A stretch of DNA of 57,146 bases, filler included, from Bipalium vagum (lineage: Eukaryota), in the NCBI GenBank assembly GCA_037834085.1. It is 3 parts of 3 records of this genome, joined end to end, with 100 filler letters (N's around TTAATTAATTAA, not from the genome) between each part and the next. Parts side by side here need not be neighbours in the genome. Positions count along the whole stretch, not along the records: positions 1 to 20,027 come from JBBMKC010262171.1; 2 more parts are not named here. One strand, 5' to 3'. The translations under genes were made by a program, and so were the position numbers. The notes under the pieces are model-generated. The model made no database searches and was not told where the DNA came from. It saw only the letters and a list, made by a program, of their open reading frames with translations. Positions 1 to 11,200 of the stretch are shown in pieces. Every line of letters begins with the position of its first letter. The first letter of the stretch is position 1.

Positions 1-225
1 TAATATAATATATAATATAATATAATAATAACATGCGAAACTGTACTAATGAAATTTCAGTTATAATATATTATGAATAATTAAAATACCTTGCAGATTA
101 ATAAAACCTATCAACTTAATTAAAATTGGGCCGAAATGTTTCAGTTATTATAATCATTATTTCTAATAAGGAAAATATTGATTTATTGATTTATTAATTT
201 AAAAGTAAAATTTAAATAAAATTAG

Positions 226-276
226 GCAAGTCAGTTTTAAATTCTTAAAGTTTTACAATTCCATTTGTATTTATAG
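226..276 (+). other. candidate 51-nt GC-AG intron in the 5' UTR of the 325-1515 gene
   Basis: AG|GCAAGT donor at 225/226 and T-rich tract ending TTTATAG at 276. The length matches the 45-59 nt introns elsewhere in the window. Confidence 0.4.
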
Positions 277-324
277 ATTAAAAACAAAGCTGTAGGTATA
301 CTGACGGTTCGCTAATATACCAAA

Positions 325-1515
325 ATGGCTATGTTAAGAAATTCCGTTAGAGGTGTTCGAAAAACAGTTGGAAGTGAACTGATGAGGGTGGAAGGGGTTT
401 ATATGTACTTGATTAAAAATAATTGCAATGTTGGCGTGTTTTTGGGTCACAAATGTATGAGAGTTTGTACATGGAATTGCCCTATAGATGAAAATCCTAT
501 AAGAGCTTATTTGATAGTAAACAAGTGGGTATATCCCTTAGCACGGTCATTCAGCCCAGTTCACATTAACAAATCCAATGCTATCGTTATGCCGGACCCA
601 TTTTCAAAGTTTGAAGACCCAATTTTTGTAGCTATAAAGTTACCCGTTACCATGACCTTCATGGATAAAAAAAAATTGGAAAATTATCTGGACGTTTTTG
701 CGTATTTAAAAGGGAGATTCAATTGCAAAACAGAAATTATACTTGGTTCAGAAGAAGATAGAAAGCATCTGAAAGGCCTGGATGCATCTGGATGTACCAA
801 GGTGTGGTCAATTGTTGATTTAACAATGGACGATGTTGATGATTTGGAAGATGTTTGGTATTCAAAATCGTACAAAATACCTGCAGCTTTTTCGAGGAAA
901 AATTGTCGACTGTTCAGTAAGCCAAATATCAATCTACTTAGACTTTATGTCACCGGTCCGAAAGATGAAAATCATATTCACATAAGTACTGTACCTGCGG
1001 GAATAAAATTAAACCACATTTTATATGCAGCCATCGGATTTTCTTATAAACGTCTTAAATTAAGAAGGAAATTCCACGAATATAGAGGAGAATTGACAAA
1101 TTTTGACCAAAGGATATTAGGTCACGAAGAATACTTCCGGAAAAAAATGAATCTCTATGATAATTCAATTGATCCGGCTAGTAATGTTATAAAGGCCGGT
1201 AAGGTTTTGGATATAAAGCTTAAAAATTTGGACTTTGAATTGCTGGATTATGAGTTGCGAGAAGAAGCTCTTCCAAGAATGTTTCTCAATTTGGAATTTG
1301 AAGGAGCTTTAATTACAAGAAAAGTCTACACCCAATACCAAGAGGACCGCTATCAATTTTGCGAAATGGCCACCATATCTCAAATCGACATCGACAGAGA
1401 AACTCACACTATTTTGGTACCCAGAGTTGGAGAATTTTGCGAGCATCACAAACCAATGGAAATTCTATTGAGAAATGTAAAAGCAAAGATCTTTGGTACC
1501 AGAACTGATAAATAG
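325..1515 (+). CDS. 396-aa protein with a spartin (SPG20) central-domain-like region, probably duplicated; lacks MIT and senescence domains
   Basis: Long uninterrupted ORF in very AT-rich DNA, with in-frame TAA at 313-315 before the ATG and AATAAA at 1532-1537. Residues ~17-130 (ELMRVEGVYMYLI...PIRAYLIVNKWVYPLARSFSPVHINKSNAIVMPD...FVAIKLP...DKKKLENYL) match the remembered spartin motif series ELILIPNGVQIFFV...PPGFLQVCDWLYPLVPDRSPVLK...GAYMFPD...FVGVVL...DRELFEDLL. Alignment by eye. Confidence 0.75.
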   Translation: MAMLRNSVRGVRKTVGSELMRVEGVYMYLIKNNCNVGVFLGHKCMRVCTWNCPIDENPIRAYLIVNKWVYPLARSFSPVHINKSNAIVMPDPFSKFEDPIFVAIKLPVTMTFMDKKKLENYLDVFAYLKGRFNCKTEIILGSEEDRKHLKGLDASGCTKVWSIVDLTMDDVDDLEDVWYSKSYKIPAAFSRKNCRLFSKPNINLLRLYVTGPKDENHIHISTVPAGIKLNHILYAAIGFSYKRLKLRRKFHEYRGELTNFDQRILGHEEYFRKKMNLYDNSIDPASNVIKAGKVLDIKLKNLDFELLDYELREEALPRMFLNLEFEGALITRKVYTQYQEDRYQFCEMATISQIDIDRETHTILVPRVGEFCEHHKPMEILLRNVKAKIFGTRTDK

Positions 1516-2045
1516 CTTCAGAATATCTTCAAATAAAATTATTTAAATTATAAAAAAGAAATTAATTCTTCATGACTCTATGTATAAAATATATTAACAT
1601 AATATATCATATGTAATTGTTAATAACTATTTCATGATTCTTCTCGTCATTTGTTTATATTTTTACAACTAATCGGTTGCTCTCCACCATCATTTGTCAA
1701 TTTTAGTCATTTTTTATGGGGGATCTTTAAGTTTTCTTAATAACATAAAAATAAAAATAATAAGATAATGTAGCATCTTTCATTCGATTTGGTCCCAGTT
1801 TCATTGTCAATTAAAAATACAAAATAATTTTAATACTAAGAATGCTTGAGAAAGTATCGACATAAAAATAATTGATATTTGTCTTACCATTTCAAATTAG
1901 AAAAATTAATAAAATTTAAAAATAACAAAAAAAATAAAATAAATTAATAAAACATAATAAAATGTAATAAAATTTTTTTGAAAAATTAGCAAAAAATATT
2001 TTAAAAAATCACAAATAATAAATGAACAAAATTATTTAAAATATA

Positions 2046-3341
2046 TTAGGTGTACAACTATGAGTCCGGCTTTTTTTAAAATGATAATAAAAATTTTGTT
2101 TGCATATATATCTAAATTATATTGAATTGATTTATAAACAAAAATATCATATAATTAATAATATCACGAGACAATTGTTTTAATATTCCTTCTTTAAATA
2201 TTATAGTGATTCAAAATGTCAATATTCATCCCAAATAAACGACATTTGTGGGAAGTAATTCTACATTACCAATTACTTTATTACCAAGAAAACTGCAGCG
2301 GAAACGCACACTTGTTTCGAGATACCTATGGAGAACATGATCCTTCGATGACCACATGTAATGATTGGTTTTGTCGATTTAGAAATGGCCAATATGATAC
2401 GAAGGACAAGGAGCATGGGTAGTCACAAAATCAACGTGAAGATAGAGATTTGAGAAGGCTGCTGGACGAAGGCACATGCCAAACACAATCTGATCTGGTT
2501 GTCGCATTAAATGTGACTCAACAATGTATTTCAAAATGTCTGGCAGCTTTAGGAATTATTCGAAAATTAGGAATTTGGATCCCACATGAATTGATAGAAA
2601 GATGCATTGAACAGCGAAAAACAATTTGTGATGCCCTTCCTCAGAGACAAAAAAGGAAAAGTTTTTTGCATCGAATTATCACAGGAGACGAAAAATGAAT
2701 TCGTTATGACAATCTAAAACGCAAAGCAGCTTGGGTGATGCCAGGTGAACCCGGTCCATCAACACCGAAAAAAAATGTCCACGGTTTGAAAGTTATAGAC
2801 TGTATCTAGTGGGTTCAGAAAGGAGTGATCTATTATGAATTTTTGAAATCTTCTCAAAGACTAACTGGTGAATTAATTAATTAATTAATTAATCACAATT
2901 AATTCTTTTGAAGCAAGTTTTGAATGAAAACTACCGGAATGGTTGACTAGACACGAAAAGATAATTTTACAGCATTATAACGCAAAACCACACGTTAATT
3001 AATTTGTAAATAATTACTTAGAATGTACAAAGTGGGAAGTCTTACCTCACCCGCCCTATTCACCAGACACCGCTCCTTTGGATTATTATTTGTTCCGCTC
3101 ATTGCAATTAGCACTTTCCGGAGAGCGGTTCAGTTATCTTGAAGACCTCCAAAATTGGATTGACAGCTAAATGTCATCAAAAGAGCCAGATTTTTTCTTT
3201 CATGAAATTTATTCGTTATCTGAATGGTGGGCAAAGGTTGTAGCTTCCAATATATTTTCAATAAATGTTTTTAAATAAAATTTGTAATAAATGTCTTTGT
3301 TTTCTGTTGAAAAAAAGCCGTAGTCATAGTTGTACACCTAA
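2046..3341 (+). mobile_element. full-length defective mariner, Mos1/mauritiana-like
   Basis: TIRs TTAGGTGTACAACTATGAGTCCGGC (2046) and GCCGTAGTCATAGTTGTACACCTAA (to 3341), with TA on both sides. Broken transposase: MSIFIPNK...[30 protein letters not shown]; multiple stops and frameshifts. Confidence 0.95.
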
Positions 3342-4787
3342 TAACTTTACTTATTCACACTTAATTATCACTATTTGGTCTTTATTGTACTTTTAAATTG
3401 TTATTATTTATTTTATTATTTTTTGACTTATTTTTATTTTCAATTTTACTAAACCAATTTTGAATAGTTCCGAAGAGTTCCTATACAAAATACTTTTATA
3501 ATATAGTAGGATTTTATAATAAAGTATTTAATAACGATGATAGATGAACATTTTTTAATTCAAACTTGCGAATGCGTTCAATTGTTCGTTCCTGAACAAT
3601 GTAAATTGGGAAATACTTCTTCAGTCGCAACCGGGATTGACAAAGAACCTCTGTAAAGGCCTGTGCAGCGTAACCTACTTTATGGTTGTGGTTTCTCAAA
3701 TTCAGGTGCAGTATGTTTCATTTTAATAAAGAGATGGATTTTGAGCACAACTCTGCTTTGAATAAGTATTAGTTGAAGGTGTTGGCTGAAACAAATAGAA
3801 GTCTTTTCTAGATGTATCGAATACTTTTTTGTTAAAAAGAAGTTTATGGAAGGCTAAAAAACCTATTAATAATATAAAACCTATCTAAGAATTTTTGCAT
3901 CAGATATGAAAGATGTAATTAACTGATTAAGAGGTATTCGGAAGATAGAATGAAGACCAGTTATATGTCGGGAATGAAAAAGAAATGAAAAGAAATTAGA
4001 AATAAAGAAGAGAAATGAGTCCATATAAGAGAAGGGTTGGTTGATAAATGAAATGAATTGTATATTGGACATCCAAAGATTGGAGAACAATATAAATGTT
4101 CAACTTTAAACAAAATAATATTTAAATGAATAAAATAATATTTTATATATTTATTATTAATTATATTTTTAAAATGTTTTAAAAATTTTTTTAAAGCAAA
4201 TTTTCTTTTAGGTAACTTTTATAATCATAAAGTGATAATAATTAGCGGAAAGGAAATGATCAATTAATAATGAGAAGTCAAAATCATTTTGAGCGATACA
4301 AAATTCTTAATAATAAAGCCGATAAACCAGAAGTTTTATTGTGATGTGACTGTCCAAATCACGCTTAAGCATTCAAGGTCAAACAGTGAGATGCTCCATA
4401 TACCAGTAAAGTCATCTGGGCAAAAAAGGTAAAAGTTCCCATACAGTGAAAATTCCCATGAATTGAAATAAGTTTACTAACAGAAATAATAATCTTCAGT
4501 TCAAGCCAATCTTTGGGTATTAAAATCGCATGTACCGAAAATATGTCAGAATTTTCAGCGTTTCTTTATGGGCCCGGTGGCGGCTTGCCAGCCACAGTTG
4601 AAATAAAATGCGCTTTTTATTTATGATAAAAAATATCTTTAAGGGATTTGTAAAATAATCAAACTAAAATCAATTTTTTTCACTGAACAATTTATATTTC
4701 ACGTATATTTTATGATTTCGATATTTTTTAAAAACTTTTTAAAACCGATTTTATGAATTATTTTGTTAACTGTAATTTATCGAAATA

Positions 4788-4945
4788 NNNNNNNNNNNNN
4801 NNNNNNNNNNNNNNNNNNNNNNNNNNNNNNNNNNNNNNNNNNNNNNNNNNNNNNNNNNNNNNNNNNNNNNNNNNNNNNNNNNNNNNNNNNNNNNNNNNNN
4901 NNNNNNNNNNNNNNNNNNNNNNNNNNNNNNNNNNNNNNNNNNNNN
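4788..4945. other. assembly gap (N run)
   Basis: Run of N. Confidence 1.
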
Positions 4946-5237
4946 TTCATAATTATTATTATTAACATTACTATTTATTATTATCATTATTAATATCATA
5001 ATCATATTTAATAATCAGCCACTATTTTAATGGATATGTACATTTTTATTATGTTCATTAATAAAATATATGTTATTTCATATGTAACGAAAAATTAATT
5101 TCACATACCGATCCTTTAAAGTAACAAATGAAGATATTATTAATATTGAAATAATAATTTCCACATGATAATAACTAATAAAACTTTATTCACAACAAAA
5201 ATGATTGCGAAAACAGTTATTTTTAATTTAAAGTAAA

Positions 5238-8200
5238 TTATAATTTCAAAATCAAAGAGAGATTTATCAAAATAATAATAATAATGATATTTCTGGGTAG
5301 TTTTACTTTTGAACCGATTTTCGTATTCGTTGTACCAATGACCTTGATATCTAAACGTTGTCCGTGGTCGACATCTACGTGAAAATGTATTTATAAAAAT
5401 CGAGTAATAAAAGCTAAAATAATATAATAATCACAAAAGATAACTGATATGACATATTCGGCTCGACGACAGGAATTATCTTTAGTGGAACATTTCCAGT
5501 AAATATCCTCTTTTATATCCCAAATAAACTGTTTTTCTCACTATAATAAAATTTTACATCTTATGATAAAAATTTTCGTATTTTCCTTCTTCAAAATGGT
5601 CTCTGCATTAAATCATTGACTTTTTGTTTATACTGATTATTTGGAAAAATACGGAAATAAGAGGCACAATTTAAAAAATGCGGAAAGGTAAATTGTTTTC
5701 TGAATTTGAGCTTTTTGCAAAAATAAGATTGGACATAATTATGTTTAATTTAAAAAAAATGTAATCCCAAAAAGGTTCTATCAGGAAAGCAAATTCTAAA
5801 GAGAATTAAACAGAGTTACGTTAAATATAAAGTCCCACTGAAACCGGTTTTTGATTGTGTATTTATTTTAATTATAAATGATTTACAACAATAAATAAGT
5901 AAATAAAAAAACATATACAGTATGAGTCTTGTTATAACCACCGCATTTTTTCATGTTGTTTCAATTTATCGTAACTATAATAAGTATTTTGTGAACAGCG
6001 TTTCTTGTTGATCATAAGTTTAGTGTGAAAAAATTAAAACTATTTAAATAGTTTTGATTAACAATTAACAATATTTTCAACTGGTGTGGTGTATGACCGC
6101 CTTTAGCATCTATCATTTGGTGCAAACGCTTATAGATACTGTCAATAAATCTGTGGAGCATCTCATAAAAATTTTCATTATGGAACCAGATCCTGTTGAT
6201 TCTGATGAGATCCTTTTTCGTTGTGTGAGTCATCTCGCGTAAATTACTCTTCATAATGCTCCAAATATTTTCAATTGGGTTCAGATTCTGCGAATTTCCT
6301 AACCAAGACAGGAAGCTGATATTGTTGGAAGACAAAAATTAGAAACCACTTGGGACTTATGGCAGGATGCTTAACGTTTCTGTCCGGTGTTTGCCAAACG
6401 CATTTCTTGTTAACTGATTGACATTCTAATATGCTTTCATCACTGAAGCACACCTTCCTCCAGAAATCAGATGACGTTGACAATTTTTCAAGATTGCAAG
6501 AAAACTTAAAAATACTTCCAAGCTAATATTCCTGATAAGATGAACAAAATATGGGATTTGATTGATGAAATTCAAGGAGAAAAGCATCTAGACAATTGAA
6601 AATCACACTTTATTATGCGTCAAAGAAGTAAAAATTGTGATAAATAGGTTTAATGAATGCATTTCTTGTGATGTCTTTGATATTGTTATATTAATAGCTG
6701 TTCATATTATTTTTTAATTTGAGCATTTGAAAAAAATTAGGATTGGCTGTATATATATAAATAAAACTGATATTTATTATTTAAAAGCATAAAATAATAA
6801 AACCTTTAGAAAAATAATAAAGAAATTAAAGAAATACAAATAAAATAAAGGCGTTTAAAGAAGTAGAATGAAATTAAAAGCATTAAAGATATTAATTTTA
6901 TAAAATTAAATTAAAATGTGTATCTTTAGCATCCTATTGGTTAAAATATATTTTATTTTGTGATTAGTTTATTTATTATTAAAATGAACACTTATTATAA
7001 AAACGTTACAAAGGTGAAATAGAAAAATTATTAAAAATTACTCAGTGTTCATAATAGTTTTATCTAAAAGCATTCTGCATCATTTCATCAACAGTCTTAT
7101 AAAAGTTTTTTTCTGTTTATTTTATTAGTTGAAAATATTTAGGGATTATTTTTTGTAAACTTTTATACAAAACAATATTTTAATATCTGTATTAGGTGTT
7201 ACTCTTGACAATAGGGACTTCTTTTTAACAATGATAAGTTCAGAAAAAAAATTAAAATTTTTGGAGTGGATTTCATTTGTAAAAAACGCGCTTTTCCATT
7301 AGAAGATATTTTTAAATATAAATAAATTAAATTAAATCAAGTCTATGGAAATAATAAATATCCACAGTGACAAATATTACGATCTTGATAAGATAACATC
7401 TCAAAAAATATCTCGCCCATTAAAAAAATCATTTGAATCTCTGTTAATGTTGATATTATTTCTAAGTATGTATTAATATATTATAATTGAAGAAATATAT
7501 AAAAAAATAAAAATAAATAAAATATTTTTTTCAATAATTATTGAAGGGTTAAAATTTTTTAATGATTTATTCATTTTTAGAAAAAGTAATTTGCAAAAAT
7601 CTACAAAGTAAATCCATATAAAACTGCATAGGAGAAATGTCAAAGATAATTACCGTCATAATCAAGAGTTACTTTGCAGTAACTCAAATTTTAATGTTTT
7701 AAATGTTGTTATTAGAACTGAACCTCCTTTTTGAAAATTAGCCCTAAATATTTTAAGGTTTGCATTAGGTTGTTTGGAAAGTCACTTTGCATTTTTAGTA
7801 AAAAGTAAGATTATAAGTGTTATTAGTAATAAATATTTTAATCAATGATGTATTGTCCTTTTTGTTCCAAGAACTTCTGCCATCTACCAGGTAATTTGAA
7901 TATCCCAACCTTTAAAATGACTTAAGTGATTTAAATTAAGATTTAAAGATAGGTATAAAAAAGCGAAGTGACTTTCCGAACAACTCAATATATATTCTTC
8001 GAATTTTAACTCAATAATCTAATCATTTCATGGTCAGGACACAGTGCATTTAGATTATTGTTTTTCAATGTAACACTGAAAATATCAGGTGTTTTCATAT
8101 GAAACGTTCAACCCGGAGATATGAAAATTGATGTGTATTTGCATTATGAACAAATAACAAAACATTATTCAATGAAATAGTCACCACCTAAATCGACTGT

Positions 8201-11200
8201 TTTTATTATAAATAAATAATGTCTTTTATGAAGGTCTAATTTTAATGCATAGAAAGACATTAAAGCCCAGATGACAGAGGCCCATTTGATTTAGAGCTGA
8301 TTTTGCACAAAGTTTGCAAAGCTTCTGGAAAGATGAGTTAATACAGCAGGCGAATATGGTGAGAGAGTAAAAACTTCCTTTTCAAGATCCTTTAATTTTG
8401 ACAAAAATTTAAGCTACACATGGTATGGTATTTCGGTTTATGTTTATTAACCAAAGAAGACTATTTGACAGTTTCTAGTGAATTGCTTGAAGTAAGATTT
8501 TACAGTAAGATTTTACTTTGATAATTTCACAAGGCTCGACGAATGAATAATTCCTCAGTTAGACCATCATAATTTTTTAAAATTATTTTTTGTTTTCCTG
8601 GGTTTTTAATCTTAACAATTTATCCAATTATTATATTTTTTGTGTACCATTATCATAAAAGATCCATTTTTAATTGCAAGTTATAGTGGTTTTAAAACTT
8701 CTGCACAAGACACAGAGACTAGTTAATGAATCATGTTACACTTCTATTCGTAGAATCTCGTCATCAGTTGTGGTGAGCAGATCTCCACGAGTTTCATTTT
8801 TCATGCAAAAATCGCCTTTGAAGAATTTCCAAACCATCAATTTATCGTCCGTTGATTTCTTTGAATTGTTCGAAATTGAATTTCTTTGCCTGTTACCATT
8901 GGACTTGTTTTTGAAAATGAAAAAATGTTCTTATGAGAAAACAAAGCGTAATTTTAACTTGTTACAAGAAATATCAATAATTATTTACAAATATTTCAAA
9001 TATCCGTAAAAATTAAATAAAGAAATGATTTTAAAATGATATCAATTTCCAATTGTTAAAAAATCAAATGTTTCATATGAGAACACAGGATATTCATATG
9101 ATTGGCACGATTATCTGACACACGAATTACAAAAATATTTAGCGTAAATCAATTATTATTCTATTTTGATTTTGTAACTTATTATTTCATAAGTTTAATT
9201 TATAAAAATATTTCTGTAAAACAAACATACGCGGAGAGAGAGAGAGAGTAACCCAAGAATTTTCGCAAAATCATAAAACATTTTTAAAGCATCTTTACAT
9301 AGATTGTAAAACAATGGCGGGTGTATGGACAAGAGATTACAAAGTAAGTAAATGTTTAATTTATTGATTTAAACAACTGGACAATGAGATCTTCATCAAA
9401 ACATGATTTGATCTTATTTTAGAATTAATTTAGCGATTAATACACGGAGGTCTCAAGTTTATTTAAAAGTTATTAATAAAAATATTTCCTGATTGTATAC
9501 ATAAATCACCTGGTGTGATATCAGATTTTAAGCCAGACCCCTCAGTTTTGTCTGTAGAATTCTCAAAATCAGGAAAAATTAAAAAATTATTTCTGTCCAG
9601 CTCCTTTAAGTTGAAAACATTCAACGTTTCCTCGTAATACTTTTCCGGCTTTAGTTTTATTATTGATTCATTATTTGATGATTTGTCAAACAAAATTCCC
9701 ATGGAGTCGTTGGATGGTTTCGGATTATTTTTTTCGTTATTGTAATATATTTGATTGTCGAAAATAAACTTTTGGAGAATTTCGTGAATCTCATCCATTT
9801 TGTAACTTTCGTTTGAAACAATGGGCTGTTCGTTTGCTCTTTTGCTTTTACAAAAGGTACACTTCTGCCACAAAAGACTGTTATAATGAAAGGGTTATGT
9901 TAGCTAAAAATAATAATAAACATAATACGTTGAAGATGCACTCCCGTTCCAGCATTTCTCAGCATTCGACAGTGGAGACACCCAACTGCCCATCTTACAT
10001 ATAGAAGTTGCAAGGTCTTGCCATAGTAATTTATCCTGTCTAGCCTGTTGAAAAGTAAAATAAAAGACAAAAACTGATACAAATTTGACCTCATTGTTTA
10101 TTATTTGATAAAATGTGCGGCTGGAGGCTCTTATTGAATCGGAAAATATATTTTTTGTTTTATCCAGATTTCTGTAATGTGTCTGTCCTATGCATGGTTG
10201 GGAATCCTGAGAAAGGTTGGGTTTGTACTTTTCAAATAAATATTTTTTAATACTTTCTGATTTTCCTTCTGAAGCACTGAAAGGGATTGAAGAAATTTAT
10301 TGTAAAAGCTTTGTATTGCATCGAGAATATCTCCGCCATTTTTAAAATTTGCAAAACGTACTTCAACTTTTTCTGAAATTATAAATGAGTCTGTCTAAGT
10401 AGAAAGGTTATTCGAAAATACCGAAGATCTCTTTCCAATATCCTGCAATACTTCGGAAATTAGAGAAACATTGACTGATGACTTCCAGGCAAACTGAGAA
10501 ACAGGGAATATTAAAAACATGTCCTGCACAATATGCACAATGGTACATTCGAAATATGTTGATAGAACAGTCCCGGGACAAGGAACAATTCGGACACTAA
10601 ATATATTTGACATATGGTAAAACAAGTAAATTAAAGGTATAAGTGTAATTTATAAAAACAATCAATGTGTAATGACATGATCTTACAGATTTTTTTCTTT
10701 TTAATTTTTCTTTAAAATAAGTATATATCAACTTTTAGAGAGTCGATCATCTGGGCTCAATAAAATGCTTCGGTTTATATTTTGAATGGGACACACTTTT
10801 TAATCTTATGTGTTGACAGTATATGGAATAATATTGAAAAAATTTAGTTATTTTATAACTACTTATTAATACTACTTATAAAACAAATTATTAATTTATC
10901 AATAACTTAGTCAAGATATGTATATATGGAACCTGAAATGAATATATTTTTACGTAAATATCTTATTCATTATCTAAAAGCACGTGGAAAATTAAAGGTA
11001 TAAAATCGAACGAACCTATGTGACAACCAAATATAACCTGTATATGATAAATAATATAATTCCTGGATTGATAACTTGATAATCATTTGTAAGACTTCTT
11101 ATTATTAAAATGGGAAATGTGTGAAAATCTCTTACTTGACCTGTTCATTGACATAATACTTCATTATAAATAGACTATGTACTATGTAAATATAGTATGT

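Noticed and set aside
2871-2893. (TTAA)n run inside the Mos1-like mariner
   Set aside because: Local slippage in a decayed element; no N flanks and no piggyBac-like structure.
3514-4090. Short ORFs faintly resembling a transposase HTH or a LINE 3' end
   Set aside because: Too degenerate to assign to a family.
4335-4415. Minus-strand candidate terminal exon (DFTGIWSISLFDLECLSVIWTVTSQ*) with a good acceptor and AATAAA
   Set aside because: Phase-compatible with the glypican donor, but 5374-5238 is nearer and gives a much better GPI signal; no other support.
4569-4600. GC-rich GGGCCCGGTGGCGGCTTGCC resembling the 7SL/Alu 5' end
   Set aside because: Similarity stops after ~20 nt; no SRP RNA body follows.
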